From assembly GCA_048882045.1 (NCBI GenBank), contig JBHLRZ010000002.1, forward strand, positions 32,001 through 96,000: a stretch of 64,000 bases of DNA, given 5' to 3'. The notes under the pieces are model-generated. The model was not told the DNA's origin. It did no database searches and saw nothing but the letters and a program-made list of their open reading frames with translations. Positions within the stretch are counted from its first letter, which is position 1. The number at the start of each line of letters is the position of its first letter. Positions 8,146-19,145 of the stretch are shown here, one piece after another. The DNA is from Candidatus Thorarchaeota archaeon. GTDB lineage: Archaea > Asgardarchaeota > Thorarchaeia > Thorarchaeales > Thorarchaeaceae. The translations under genes were made by a program, and so were the position numbers.

Positions 8146-9965
8146 AGAACTGTAACTGACTTAGCAAGATTGCGGGGCTTGTCTGGATCATAATCTTTTC
8201 TTAGTGCCATATAGTAACTGAAGAGCTGCAAAGGAACAATATAAGGCAAGATAGAAAATTCAGGTTCCATTTCCATTGGGATTGTGAATGAATAATCAGA
8301 CAGATTTGCCAAGTCGTCATCGTTCTTTTGAATGACTGAAATGATAGTAGCTCCTCTAGCCTTCATCTCCATAATGTTTCCAATTATCCTGTTTCGAGTA
8401 TCATCGTTTGGAGCAATAAAGATGACAGGATATTCATCTTGGACGAGTGCAATAGGTCCATGCTTGGATTCCCCAGCAGAATAAGCTTCAGCATGATTGT
8501 ACGCTATTTCTTTGAGTTTGAGTGCACCTTCCTCAGCAGTTGCCATCGAGATACCCCGACCTAGGAACAAAAGACTTGGTCTATCATAGAAGAGGCCTGC
8601 GAAACTCCTTGCTTTCTCCTCGTTCCGTGAAATGACATCAGAAACAAGTTCGGGCATATTATACAAGGAATCACGTTTTCTCTTGATGGTTGATGCATCA
8701 CTGATTCCTGTTATTTCACCTAATGCTAGAGCGATTAATGCAAGAGAGGTCAATTGTACCATGAAGGTTTTTGTTGCTGCGACTCCAATCTCTGGTCCTG
8801 CCTGAGTAATTATTGTATGGTCAGCATAACGAGTAATCGAGCTTCCTACAACATTGGTAATCGCTACAACCTTTGTACCAAATTCTTTGGCGTATTTTAC
8901 TGCGGTAATCGTATCTGTGGTTTCACCTGATTGTGTAATAGCAATAATACAATCTTTCTTAGACAAGGATCCATAAACAGTATCCGAAAAGTCACTTGCT
9001 AATTCAAAAGTAGGGACTATCCCAGCAATTGATGCAAACATATGTCTTCCAGCCATTGCTGCATGACCAGATGTTCCCATTGCCAACATGTATACTTTCT
9101 CAGATGAGCTAATTATCTTAGCAGCTTCATTGATAGTTTCCGGACGAAGTCTTAGTGTGTTCCTAATCGATTCTGGCTGTTCATGAATCTCTTTCAACAT
9201 AAAATGAGGGTAACCACTTTTCTGTGCTTGATCTGCAGTCCAACTTATCTTGATTGTATCCCGTTCTACTGATGATCCGTCAGAGAGCTTTTCTATTCTA
9301 ATGTCATCTGTTGTCAGGGTTGCCAGTTCACCATCCAACAACAGAATCATGTCATTGGTCATCGGAAGAAAGGCAGGAATATCTGACGACACATATGAAA
9401 CCCCAGATTTTGTTCCAATGACTAGAGGATTACCATCACGTGTACATACCATCTTCCCATCTTCTTTCGTTGACATCGCTACTATAGCATATGTTCCTTC
9501 TATTCTCTTTGAAACTTCTTTTAGAGCCTCAGCAAGACCAAGCCCGTCTTTCATATAATCCTCAAGCATATGTGGGATTATCTCGGTATCCGTTTCCGAG
9601 TTGAACTTGTGTCCTTTCTCGTTCAGCTCTAATCTTAGTTCCATGAAATTATCAATCACACCATTATGAACAACAGCAATCTCATTGTGACAATCAAAGT
9701 GTGGATGAGAATTGAGCATAGATGGGGCACCATGAGTTGCCCAGCGTGTGTGGCCAATACCAATGAATCCTGGCATCTCATCAAGATTCAGTCTTTTGTG
9801 TACTTCCTCAATTTTCCCCTTGTCCTTCTTGACGTGTAGTTTGGCATCTGAAATAGTTGTTACTCCAACAGAATCGTAACCCCTGTATTCAAGACGTTTC
9901 AGTGCTTGGTGTAGAAATGGTGCCACAACACCTCGTTTCTGCACAACACCAATTATGCCACACAT
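8142..9965 (-). CDS. glmS: Glutamine--fructose-6-phosphate aminotransferase
   Basis: MCGIIG, LEYRGYDS, GHTRWATHG, SIS domains, C-terminal PRNLAKSVTV. Confidence 0.98.
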   Translation of the reverse strand: MCGIIGVVQKRGVVAPFLHQALKRLEYRGYDSVGVTTISDAKLHVKKDKGKIEEVHKRLNLDEMPGFIGIGHTRWATHGAPSMLNSHPHFDCHNEIAVVHNGVIDNFMELRLELNEKGHKFNSETDTEIIPHMLEDYMKDGLGLAEALKEVSKRIEGTYAIVAMSTKEDGKMVCTRDGNPLVIGTKSGVSYVSSDIPAFLPMTNDMILLLDGELATLTTDDIRIEKLSDGSSVERDTIKISWTADQAQKSGYPHFMLKEIHEQPESIRNTLRLRPETINEAAKIISSSEKVYMLAMGTSGHAAMAGRHMFASIAGIVPTFELASDFSDTVYGSLSKKDCIIAITQSGETTDTITAVKYAKEFGTKVVAITNVVGSSITRYADHTIITQAGPEIGVAATKTFMVQLTSLALIALALGEITGISDASTIKRKRDSLYNMPELVSDVISRNEEKARSFAGLFYDRPSLLFLGRGISMATAEEGALKLKEIAYNHAEAYSAGESKHGPIALVQDEYPVIFIAPNDDTRNRIIGNIMEMKARGATIISVIQKNDDDLANLSDYSFTIPMEMEPEFSILPYIVPLQLFSYYMALRKDYDPDKPRNLAKSVTVL

Positions 9966-10068
9966 CTCTAGGATACCTCATAAACTGTAGAAGTCCAATG
10001 TAGAATAGTGCAAAAAGGGTTTGTATCGTGTCACAATTGAACTGTACGACAGTTTGTATCAGAAAAAA

Positions 10069-10380
10069 CTAGCCAGTCAACTCAATTTCTATGTACACAG
10101 AGTCAGGAATTCGAACTCGCATTATCTGTCGGATCGCTCTTTCGTCAGCATCGATATCAATTAGACGTTTGTGAACCCTCATTTCCCATTTGTCCCATGA
10201 CTCAGAACCCTGACCACAAGGTGTCTTCCTAGTAGGAATCACCATTCTACGAGTGGGAAGTGGAATCGGACCTGCCATACGGACTCCTGTCTTACGAGTA
10301 ATCCTCTTGATTTGATTACAAACACCATCTAGATGTTCAGTGCTTGTGCTTGATAGTCTGATTCTTGCTCTTTGAGTCAT
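10069..10380 (-). CDS. rps10: 30S ribosomal protein uS10
   Basis: [32 protein letters not shown]. Confidence 0.98.
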   Translation of the reverse strand: MTQRARIRLSSTSTEHLDGVCNQIKRITRKTGVRMAGPIPLPTRRMVIPTRKTPCGQGSESWDKWEMRVHKRLIDIDADERAIRQIMRVRIPDSVYIEIELTG

Positions 10381-10522
10381 ATGGAATATCCCTCACAGTA
10401 GGGGGTGTCCGAGGCTTCCCAAATGTGAACCGGATAAAAACCTTGTCTTGTGTAGGAGGAACTCTCAAGTTGGAGTAAAAGTAATGTCCATAAGGAATGC
10501 TCACAGTTGGACCTGTAAGTGA

Positions 10523-11323
10523 ATGCAATTGAAAGGTCTCACACTTGTGAAACTTGGTGGATCAGTCATAACACACAAAGGAGCATCTCCACCCACAATA
10601 AATGAAGAGAATATCATTCGTATTGCCGAGGAACTATCAACACACAAAGATGGTCTGATTGTGGTTCTAGGAGGGGGTGCTCATGGACATCAAGTCGCCC
10701 ACTCTTATGGTTTTGGAAATTCTTCCACAAAAAGTGAACGATTACTGATGGGAATCCCACATATACGTCACAACATGTCGATTCTAGCAATGGAGGTTGA
10801 ATCAGTACTAAATGACAAGGGAATACCCACAGTCGTGATTCCTCCATTTACTGTTTCGATATTAAAGAATAGAAAAGTCAAAACCTTCTCGACTACAATA
10901 ATGGAAAAAGTGCTAGAAAGTAAATCCGTAGTACTGACTCATGGAGACGTGTGCTTTGATGAGGAGAGGGATGCTTCTATACTAAGTGGTGACACAATCG
11001 CAGTATATCTTGCCAAGACACTTGCTACGAAATCAGTGTACATTGGAACCGATGTTGATGGAGTTCTAGATGACGATCCATCATTGAATCCATCTGCAAA
11101 GTGTATTCCGATTATAAATCAAACTAACAAAGATGAAATCTTGAAAAAAACAGGTCCTTCCAAGAACACCGATGTCACAGGCGGTATGTCAAAGAAGGTT
11201 AACGAGCTCCTTGAATTGGCAAAACATGATATCGATGTCGTCATTTTCAATTTGACTGTACCTGGTCGTCTAACATCCCTGTTATCTGGAAAACCAACTA
11301 TCTGTACAAGGATAATGCCGTAA
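10523..11323 (+). CDS. ipk: Isopentenyl phosphate kinase (amino-acid kinase family)
   Basis: KLGGSVITHK, GGGAHGH, HGDV, ILSGD, DVTGGM..K. Confidence 0.9.
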   Translation: MQLKGLTLVKLGGSVITHKGASPPTINEENIIRIAEELSTHKDGLIVVLGGGAHGHQVAHSYGFGNSSTKSERLLMGIPHIRHNMSILAMEVESVLNDKGIPTVVIPPFTVSILKNRKVKTFSTTIMEKVLESKSVVLTHGDVCFDEERDASILSGDTIAVYLAKTLATKSVYIGTDVDGVLDDDPSLNPSAKCIPIINQTNKDEILKKTGPSKNTDVTGGMSKKVNELLELAKHDIDVVIFNLTVPGRLTSLLSGKPTICTRIMP

Positions 11324-11324
11324 T

Positions 11325-14300
11325 TTATGAAATCAGTGTTGACACATTGTCGTCCATTGTCTTCACAATCAGATTGCTAGGTGTAGTAACATTGTCTTCG
11401 AGATATTCTGACGCAGTCAGAACACAGACAACCTTTGTAGATTTACACGTTCTACAAGCCACATCGCTGTGTAGATGAAGCAACGTATTCAGTTGCTGCT
11501 GATTTGGAAATATCACAAAAGATGTATCTCCAACACATAGATCATAGTATCCATGGTCTCTAGATACTCTCTCGTTTCGTTCTTTTAGAGCCATTTCTAT
11601 AACATGGACAGCACTTCTCTTCAAATTCTGTAGAACTGAGGAATTAACCAACCAAAGACCCTCATCAAGCTCTACAAATTGAGAACCATTTTCAACACGG
11701 AGTGCGATTAGGACTTCATCAGCCAACAGCTCTGTTAAAGCTCTCTTACCCTCCTCAATATTCAATGGAGCTGCTCTGCCTTTGAGAGACTGCAAAGCAG
11801 TTGTTTCAATGAATTCCAATAGGTCTTCCCATTTCACCTGACCGTTTGAGATATCAACCAAATCCTGAATCAGACCGAACCATAGTCTAATCTGAATTGC
11901 ACGATTTGTTGCTGATCCCACTTCATGCATGGCCTCAATCAGATCCGTTTTGTTTGTAGATTCAGTATCCTCTGTTAATTTGGATTGGACAGTAGATTCA
12001 CTGGAAAGATCGGAAGTACCACTCAAACCCTCGAGAATCGAATCAAGGGAGCTAGGAAATGCCGAAACTACGCTAACTTCATTGAACTCCTCAGAAGTGT
12101 CCATCATCTCTCTCAATTTTGCTGCCGCAACACTTCCTCTAACAATAACAAATAGTTCTCTTACACCATTTTGGAGTCTTCTCATCTGGTTCTTTATCTC
12201 ATCCAAAGTTGACTCCATTGAAGAAGCTCTCAGATGCTCTGGAATAATCACTATTGCTTTATCTTCAATGATGATATCCGGAAATTCTTGTATATCTGAT
12301 GATGTGATATCTTCTATCCCAAGCTTTTCATAGATGTATTCGACGATAACACGTCTTACTGCATTCAGAGCTTGCCCAGGAAGAGTAAACACAAATCCTC
12401 CCGGTACTAATGCCAAGGCCTCCCTTTCTACTGTTCCTAATGAAACAAGATTTCGAATAACTTCTGAAATATCATCATCCAAATTACTTGGATCTAACGT
12501 CGATAGTAGATTTCGAATCTCTTCCTCGGTCGCCCAACCTTCAGCAGCTAGAAAAGCCACTACATGTCTTCCCAATTTGTCAAGTCTATTGAACACGAGT
12601 GTCTGAGCTTCAACCACATGGGCTGGTTTATCATCATCCTTGGGTGAATCTACCGCATCATTAGCAGTTTCATTATAATCCAATATCGTTTCTTCACTTT
12701 GTGGTAGTACTACAGCCAGCGACTCGGTTTCTGATGGAACGATGAAAGGTTTGGTAGCAATTTCAAATGTTTGAGTATGCGGAATGCTCATCAATGCTCT
12801 TCCTCGTTTTAAGACTCGTAGATACCGTTCCTGTTGATCATCTATTGATAGAAACCTAGCACCAACCTGACTATCATAGGGCAGTCTGAACACAATCTTC
12901 GTTGAAGTGTTTGCGAGAATATTAGAAGATATGTTAGGTCGAGTTGATATCACAACTACTCCCTGTCCAGTTGCACGTTGGAGCATCACCATGGATTCTC
13001 CTGTAGTCACATCTGCAGCTGAATGCCTAGTATAGCTCTCAGGAACAAGATTACTGGCTTCTTCTAGAACTACAACATGGTGCAATCCATCAGATATTCC
13101 TCGTTTCATAGAACTGTCAAAGATTCTTTTGGCAACGAGATTGTAGAATAATCGGGCAGCATCCATTCCTCCAGTCCTTGCTATGAAACTCAAATCGAGA
13201 ATTACTCGTTTCTCGAGGAAACTCGAAATCTTTACAGCTTCAGATCCTCCTCGTAGTATAGACCCCAGAGGTTCTCTACTTAGAACCTCAAGCCGATTGA
13301 GAAGTGCGTCTCTCGTCATACTTCCTGTTCTGTCTTTACTAGCTAGTTCAGAAACCTTACGAAGAAGGGCCTGCACTGAATTGTCCTTATCTAATGAATT
13401 CACGACAGCACTTACTGAATCCCTGAGTAGTTTTTCCATTGCTGGTGAGAGTTCAGAGGAGTCCCCTCTCTCATTGAGTAGTTCCTTTAGAATGACGAAG
13501 GTCGAATGAGCACAATTTTCATCACCCCTCAGTTCAGGATCAATAAGATCTATAGTGAATGAACTGTCATGCCCCGGCTTCAAGACCGAAACTTCGGAGT
13601 CACTCAAGCTCACTAAATCATAATACTCTGATCCCTTGACATCGAAAATCCACCAAGGTATGTTTGTCTGACTACTCAACTGTGCCATAAGATGTTTCAC
13701 TAATGTGGTCTTTCCAGTTCCTGTAGCTCCTAAGACTGCAACGTGCTCCCTTAGCCACTCTGTTCTCAGTCCAACACTGGATAATTTGCGACCTCCAAAG
13801 ACAGTTTCTGCTATGACTAAATCATTATCCATCAGTTCCTTAGCCGGTACTGGAAATACTGGAGTAATGGCTGGTGCGATAACAGGTAGCTGTTGCATTG
13901 GAGTATTAACAAATGATGTTAAATTGGTTAAATGCAATCGCTGGCTCTTCAAATGTCTTCTAGAAAGCAACCTGAAAGCAGTACGTTTTCTGATTTTCCT
14001 GATGGCCAGTTTTATTGAATCACTTCCTCCCCAGATGGAGTACACAAGCCCAATGACACCATCCAAATCATGGGTAGTCTTTCTGTTGAGAGGGGATTTT
14101 ACAATGAAATACACAGTTGTATCAAACCAACCCACGCTGTCTTGGATTTCCTCATACCTAGTCAATAATCTCTTCTTAACTGCATGATCTTGAAGTGATT
14201 CCTCTCTTCGTCGTTCCTTATCCTGAATGCTTCTCCATTGTCCTTCCAGATTTCTCTTTTCTTTACCTGGTTTTGCAGCTGAAAAGACACATGTCATACA

Positions 14301-15104
14301 GGCCGTATATCCTTGTCTAAGTGCAGTAAAGATGAAGGTGCCAACCTGTGTTGTGTCGATTGATGGATAGGTTCGAGGATTTCCTTCTAGAAGCAACAGA
14401 GTTGAAGATTCAGAGTCTTCTACTGATTTATAATCGTCATTATTGAGAATACCATGGACGTGACTCGCAGCAACTTCCAGTAATTGATCACCCTCGAGGA
14501 GATTCAATTCAACATTGTTTAGAGATGCCAATAGAATGGCTTCAGTTCTAGTTGCTTCTCTTTGTAGAATATCCTTAATCTGTTTTACAGAATGACCTGT
14601 TGTTGTAATGAAGATACGTAAATAGGGCTCTCCTTTTGAAACTCCAGCTTCAAAAGCCATGTTGACTGACTTGTTCATTCCTGCACGCATAGCCAATAAC
14701 ATAGTTTCATTGTATCTTGGTTTGCCATTCTCATCTACATAGACAGAACCTGAAACAGACACAATATCCAAGCAACAAGTTCCGATGACATAATCATCCA
14801 GCTGAATTTGTAGGACATTACCATCTACAGAGATTAAAGGCGTCTGAAAACGAATTTTTCGAATAGTCAATAATGAACCTGTTAGAAGAGGTAGTATACA
14901 GATTATCATCTCTATTGACATCTTAAGAGGGATTTGAGGTTGTGCGACCATTCCAATGAGGGGTAGCAAATATACCACAAACAAATAGAACAGAACGATT
15001 GTTGTTTCAATCATCCAACTCAATCTTATCAAAGACCAAATTCTGGTCCTTCTGGAAGAAGAATCTGTTTTTGATTCATCTGCACTCGATAAGTAAAGTG
15101 GCAT
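11325..15104 (-). CDS. Membrane-anchored VirB4/HerA/FtsK-superfamily ATPase (DUF87-type) with long C-terminal extension
   Basis: Two N-terminal TM segments; HVAVLGATGTGKTT, IFDVKGSEY, VVVLEEA, ILANTSTKIVFRL. Confidence 0.8.
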   Translation of the reverse strand: MPLYLSSADESKTDSSSRRTRIWSLIRLSWMIETTIVLFYLFVVYLLPLIGMVAQPQIPLKMSIEMIICILPLLTGSLLTIRKIRFQTPLISVDGNVLQIQLDDYVIGTCCLDIVSVSGSVYVDENGKPRYNETMLLAMRAGMNKSVNMAFEAGVSKGEPYLRIFITTTGHSVKQIKDILQREATRTEAILLASLNNVELNLLEGDQLLEVAASHVHGILNNDDYKSVEDSESSTLLLLEGNPRTYPSIDTTQVGTFIFTALRQGYTACMTCVFSAAKPGKEKRNLEGQWRSIQDKERRREESLQDHAVKKRLLTRYEEIQDSVGWFDTTVYFIVKSPLNRKTTHDLDGVIGLVYSIWGGSDSIKLAIRKIRKRTAFRLLSRRHLKSQRLHLTNLTSFVNTPMQQLPVIAPAITPVFPVPAKELMDNDLVIAETVFGGRKLSSVGLRTEWLREHVAVLGATGTGKTTLVKHLMAQLSSQTNIPWWIFDVKGSEYYDLVSLSDSEVSVLKPGHDSSFTIDLIDPELRGDENCAHSTFVILKELLNERGDSSELSPAMEKLLRDSVSAVVNSLDKDNSVQALLRKVSELASKDRTGSMTRDALLNRLEVLSREPLGSILRGGSEAVKISSFLEKRVILDLSFIARTGGMDAARLFYNLVAKRIFDSSMKRGISDGLHHVVVLEEASNLVPESYTRHSAADVTTGESMVMLQRATGQGVVVISTRPNISSNILANTSTKIVFRLPYDSQVGARFLSIDDQQERYLRVLKRGRALMSIPHTQTFEIATKPFIVPSETESLAVVLPQSEETILDYNETANDAVDSPKDDDKPAHVVEAQTLVFNRLDKLGRHVVAFLAAEGWATEEEIRNLLSTLDPSNLDDDISEVIRNLVSLGTVEREALALVPGGFVFTLPGQALNAVRRVIVEYIYEKLGIEDITSSDIQEFPDIIIEDKAIVIIPEHLRASSMESTLDEIKNQMRRLQNGVRELFVIVRGSVAAAKLREMMDTSEEFNEVSVVSAFPSSLDSILEGLSGTSDLSSESTVQSKLTEDTESTNKTDLIEAMHEVGSATNRAIQIRLWFGLIQDLVDISNGQVKWEDLLEFIETTALQSLKGRAAPLNIEEGKRALTELLADEVLIALRVENGSQFVELDEGLWLVNSSVLQNLKRSAVHVIEMALKERNERVSRDHGYYDLCVGDTSFVIFPNQQQLNTLLHLHSDVACRTCKSTKVVCVLTASEYLEDNVTTPSNLIVKTMDDNVSTLIS

Positions 15105-15160
15105 AAATTATTCCTCTTTGATAGCCTCTGGAACCAAGACATCGTACTTGTGCTCACCAT

Positions 15161-16921
15161 ATGAACACCCCTCAAATGTTCAATGTGAAGTCCACACACT
15201 ATAGGAGAATAAAAACCTACAATCAGACTGAATATCTGACTATTGCCCAGGGGGTGTCCATCATCAGAAGGTCACATTGGTTTCCAGTATTGTTAGCAAT
15301 CATTATTCCTCTTCTCTATGTTTCAATGACATCTGATTTTGTGACAGCTGATGATGAAATACAGGTGTTTCGAGGTAGTACAATAAGAATACAGGTCACG
15401 ATTCTTCAGAATGGTAGTTATGGTGAGCCTGTCCTAAATCAGCCAATCTATTACTTCGACCAAACTTATAACATGTATCTAGGTTTTTCAATCTCTGACC
15501 AATACGGGATTACATGGATTGATTGGGAAATACCATTGAATCATCCTCTTGGACTCACAGTTCTTAATGCAACCTTCTATGGGAATGCAACCTTCTCTTT
15601 GGCACCCTCTTTCCAACAAGTAACCATATCAGTCGGGGCTCGAACTCACCTAGAAATTGACCAGATCCCCACAGAACTCTCACTAGGAGATGTGTTGTCA
15701 TTCGATGTCCGACTAGAAGATGACATGAATATCTCTCTTCAAAATCAGATTCTCGAGGTAACTTTAGATGATTCTCACCTTTCTTTCATCACTACAAATA
15801 GCTCAGGAATGGCTCACTTCAATACGATTATTGATGAGAGATTTTCATTAGGAATCCAATCACTGAAAATCAACTATGCTGGATCACAAAACTACTCAGA
15901 ATCATCTTTTGAAGTCTTTACAGAAATTAGTAGTCCTATCTCGATTGCTGTACTTATATCAGATACTGCTGTAATTGGATCAAACTTGCTCATCGAAGCC
16001 ACAATAACAGACTTTCTTAACAGGTCTCTCTTAGATTCGACACTTCACTTCACAGATACGACCTCAAATCATAGTTTCTCTGTTCGAGTAGATGACGAAG
16101 AAAAAGTCACTTTTCAGTATCTAATTCAAGGACCTCCAGGATTGCATCAAATTGTCATAGATATCTTGGACAATCCGTTTATATCTAACAATCAATATAC
16201 ACTGAACTTTACTGCATGGTCAAAATCTGAGATAGTTCTGGTGAACTCTAATGTAGAACACTATGCTTCTCCAAGTCAAGAAGTAACACTTGAAGTCAGA
16301 CTTACGGACTGGTATGGAAATGGCTCTTTGAAAGACCTTCATCTGTTCATTGATAGTGAAGCACAAATATCAAGAACTACCAATAGTGAGGGATTAGCAA
16401 TCTTTTCCTTTAAAGCTTCTATGATTGAATCACAGTACAACATATCCATTTTCTACGCTGGTAACACTAGTCGATTCGAACTTCCTACAAATTACAATTA
16501 CATCCTTTTTGTCACTACTCTGATGCCTATAACAATCAATCTGGACTCGTATGAGATAGTTGCACCTTTGCATCAGATATCGATACAGCTTATAGTAAAA
16601 GGTTTCAATGGAACATTACTGAGAGGAGTATGGGTGAATTTCAATTGGCTCTCCTCCAATTTCAATGCTGAAAGTACTGAAAGAGGGTTAATAGTTCTTC
16701 AAATTGCAATTCCACCAGTGAGTGGAAGTTACTATTTGGATTATGAATCAAAACCTACGAGTTTTGTTGATACGACATCTGGTTCCATATTGATTGAAGT
16801 GGAATCAAGTGACATCAGCTCAATTGAAGGAGTCGGAATTACGGGAATGATATTTGCCTTATGTGCATCAATAGGATTGATAGCTGTTCCAGTTATTAGA
16901 CGTAGGTATCTTGTAGGCTAA
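15161..16921 (+). CDS. Cell-surface Ig-like repeat protein with signal peptide and C-terminal TM anchor (start possibly GTG 15254)
   Basis: Hydrophobic N-terminus, repeated TNSxG.A.F / YAG motifs, many N-x-S/T sequons, C-terminal TM + RRR. Confidence 0.75.
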   Translation: MNTPQMFNVKSTHYRRIKTYNQTEYLTIAQGVSIIRRSHWFPVLLAIIIPLLYVSMTSDFVTADDEIQVFRGSTIRIQVTILQNGSYGEPVLNQPIYYFDQTYNMYLGFSISDQYGITWIDWEIPLNHPLGLTVLNATFYGNATFSLAPSFQQVTISVGARTHLEIDQIPTELSLGDVLSFDVRLEDDMNISLQNQILEVTLDDSHLSFITTNSSGMAHFNTIIDERFSLGIQSLKINYAGSQNYSESSFEVFTEISSPISIAVLISDTAVIGSNLLIEATITDFLNRSLLDSTLHFTDTTSNHSFSVRVDDEEKVTFQYLIQGPPGLHQIVIDILDNPFISNNQYTLNFTAWSKSEIVLVNSNVEHYASPSQEVTLEVRLTDWYGNGSLKDLHLFIDSEAQISRTTNSEGLAIFSFKASMIESQYNISIFYAGNTSRFELPTNYNYILFVTTLMPITINLDSYEIVAPLHQISIQLIVKGFNGTLLRGVWVNFNWLSSNFNAESTERGLIVLQIAIPPVSGSYYLDYESKPTSFVDTTSGSILIEVESSDISSIEGVGITGMIFALCASIGLIAVPVIRRRYLVG

Positions 16922-16928
16922 GAAGAAA

Positions 16929-17037
16929 TGGTGCTCCGGCCGGGATTTGAACCCGGGTCGGGGGATCGAGAGTCCCCCATGCTGGGCCGGACTACAATCG
17001 GTATCATTGCAGGAATTCTACAACATTCTACCGGAGC
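16929..17037 (-). tRNA. tRNA-Glu(CUC) with a 31-nt non-canonical intron (16997-17027) at position 10/11
   Basis: Acceptor GCTCCGG/CCGGAGC, anticodon arm GGGGA-CTCTCGA-TCCCC, T-loop TTCAAAT, encoded CCA; removing the intron restores D-stem GTGT/GCAT. Confidence 0.92.
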
Positions 17038-17123
17038 CAGGTATGGTATGCCAGTCCGGAGCGCAAGAGCCCCCTTTTGAGCTCTACAAATAAGCCTTTC
17101 TCAATGGATAAACAAGATTCTTG

Positions 17124-17333
17124 CTATGGTGTACCAAATAGCTGAGTTAGGCTACTCCAACTGTCCTGCAAGAGTTGAAGTAATCCTTCTACAACATCCT
17201 GTGCCCATCCTGTTGCTTGGAGGATGACAGCAATCACAATAGAAACGGTCACGACAGCTAGACCTAGAAGAAGACTTTCTTCAACTAACGGTCCGCCTCT
17301 CTCATCTTGGATTAAACCGGCATCCTCTGTCAT
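17124..17333 (-). CDS. Flp-like type IV pilin with class III signal peptide
   Basis: DERG|GPLVEE followed by a hydrophobic helix (E at +5). Confidence 0.75.
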   Translation of the reverse strand: MTEDAGLIQDERGGPLVEESLLLGLAVVTVSIVIAVILQATGWAQDVVEGLLQLLQDSWSSLTQLFGTP

Positions 17334-17383
17334 AGACTCTTGTTTGTCTTCGTCCTTTTAAAGCCCCCAAAGAATTGAAAACC

Positions 17384-19072
17384 CTATGATTCGGTTCCAA
17401 TGAAGTTCAGTGGATGGCCCTTGGACCACATACGTTCGTTAAGCAATTCCAAATCTGACCTATAGGATCCTGCCGTCAATATCTCAGTCAGACTCCCAAG
17501 AGCTGACACATGGCTCTCGAATCCCGAATCTCTGGCATAGGATAGAAATGCGCCATCATGAGCCCAGCTACCATGACCAGTTCTGGAGTCATAGACTACA
17601 TTGAGTCCAGAGAACTGTAAAAGCCCATTTACTTTCTTTCTGCGAATTTCAACAATTTCTTTTACTCTGCGTTTGGAATCACCAGGTATTGGTCTTTCAA
17701 GGGTGACAATTAGATCCATCATTGACAAACTGGTATCCTGTATTCCATGGTTTAGTTTCCATCGAGAAATGAGACTGGATGATGAACTACTATGACAGGT
17801 CTGCATGGTTCGAAGACCTGCTGCAATTGCCTGAAAAAGTGCATTACTGTGTTCTGCTGTCTGAATCTCACCCAGAATCAGGTAGTCCGGAGACCTATGT
17901 AGACACTTGACAATCTCACTACTTTTGTCAGATCTATTCGATTGTTCATCTACAGGATTTACTCTGAACCTAACCTGATGATGCTTATCTTGATATCTAC
18001 TTTCTAAAGCGTCTTCAATGTAGATTTTTCTCCACCAACGGGGTGTTGTTAAATCTAAAGCATTAAGAAGTGTCGTCTTGCCAGTACCTGGTCCTCCTGT
18101 TATTGTAATATTGAACCGACACGCAACTGCAAGAAGTAGAATAGATGCTATCTCAGGTGTGATTGTTTCATTTGAAATTAAATCTGCTATCGTAAACGGA
18201 CGATTCCTTGCACGACGTATTTCAAGATGCAGTCCGTCTGGACTAAGCGGAGGAATACTAACTGAAAACCGTAATGAAGCTCCAAGAATCTCAAACTCCA
18301 TCTTCAGAGAAGGATTACTCCTGTCTAGGTGAAGATTACTTTCAGCACGAACAAACGTGATAATCTTGGGTACGTCACTCTTGGATAACGTAATAGTCGT
18401 ATCACATCTTCCTAGCTTTTGATGGTCAAAGTACAGACATGCTTCAGGACTATCAAGATAGATTTCTTCTACCTTGTCATCTAGGATAATTGGGATTATT
18501 GGTCCAAGAACACTCCTTCGCTGAGCAACGATCTCAGATAGACTTCTTCTAGTAGTTTCATTTATCTCAGGGATTAGCTTCAAAATATGTTCAGAGATAA
18601 TATCAGTAGTATCTTCAAGTCGCTGAGTGATTTTCTGTCTTCTTGAAACCGAGTTCTGTTCGAAGCCATTCTCCGAATCACTCAACTCTTTTACTAATGA
18701 GAATTCAAGAGCTGTTCTTACAATTGGAATGGAATGATATTGCACTCTTCCTTCTTTACCTTTGAACAGAGCCAGATATGACTGGACCTTGTAGATTTCT
18801 AGAAAATCATCTAACTCCTCAAAAAGCGGATTGTTCCCTCCTATGAACACAGTTTCCCATTCATCCACATACCATGGAGGATTTGGTTGGTACAATTTCC
18901 CAATGTCACAAAAGTGAAGAAAGCCGCGTTCTGCTTCAATCAACATAACACGACTTTCACTCGATGACGACTTCATAACCTGTTTGAGAATACGACATCC
19001 TGAATCAAATCTATCAGGGCAACCCTCACATCTGCCAACTGGGCATCTGATAAAATTCGTTTCTGAATTCAT
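17384..19072 (-). CDS. TadA/CpaF/VirB11-family secretion ATPase
   Basis: GGPGTGKTTLLNAL, IEDALE, RSPDYLILGEIQ, TCHS; N-terminal Cys cluster. Confidence 0.88.
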   Translation of the reverse strand: MNSETNFIRCPVGRCEGCPDRFDSGCRILKQVMKSSSSESRVMLIEAERGFLHFCDIGKLYQPNPPWYVDEWETVFIGGNNPLFEELDDFLEIYKVQSYLALFKGKEGRVQYHSIPIVRTALEFSLVKELSDSENGFEQNSVSRRQKITQRLEDTTDIISEHILKLIPEINETTRRSLSEIVAQRRSVLGPIIPIILDDKVEEIYLDSPEACLYFDHQKLGRCDTTITLSKSDVPKIITFVRAESNLHLDRSNPSLKMEFEILGASLRFSVSIPPLSPDGLHLEIRRARNRPFTIADLISNETITPEIASILLLAVACRFNITITGGPGTGKTTLLNALDLTTPRWWRKIYIEDALESRYQDKHHQVRFRVNPVDEQSNRSDKSSEIVKCLHRSPDYLILGEIQTAEHSNALFQAIAAGLRTMQTCHSSSSSSLISRWKLNHGIQDTSLSMMDLIVTLERPIPGDSKRRVKEIVEIRRKKVNGLLQFSGLNVVYDSRTGHGSWAHDGAFLSYARDSGFESHVSALGSLTEILTAGSYRSDLELLNERMWSKGHPLNFIGTES

Positions 19073-19145
19073 CTAGTTAATCACCTTTCTAGGATTCCAA
19101 TTATTGTCCAGACGATTCAAAGATAATCTCATAGCAAAATGAGAA

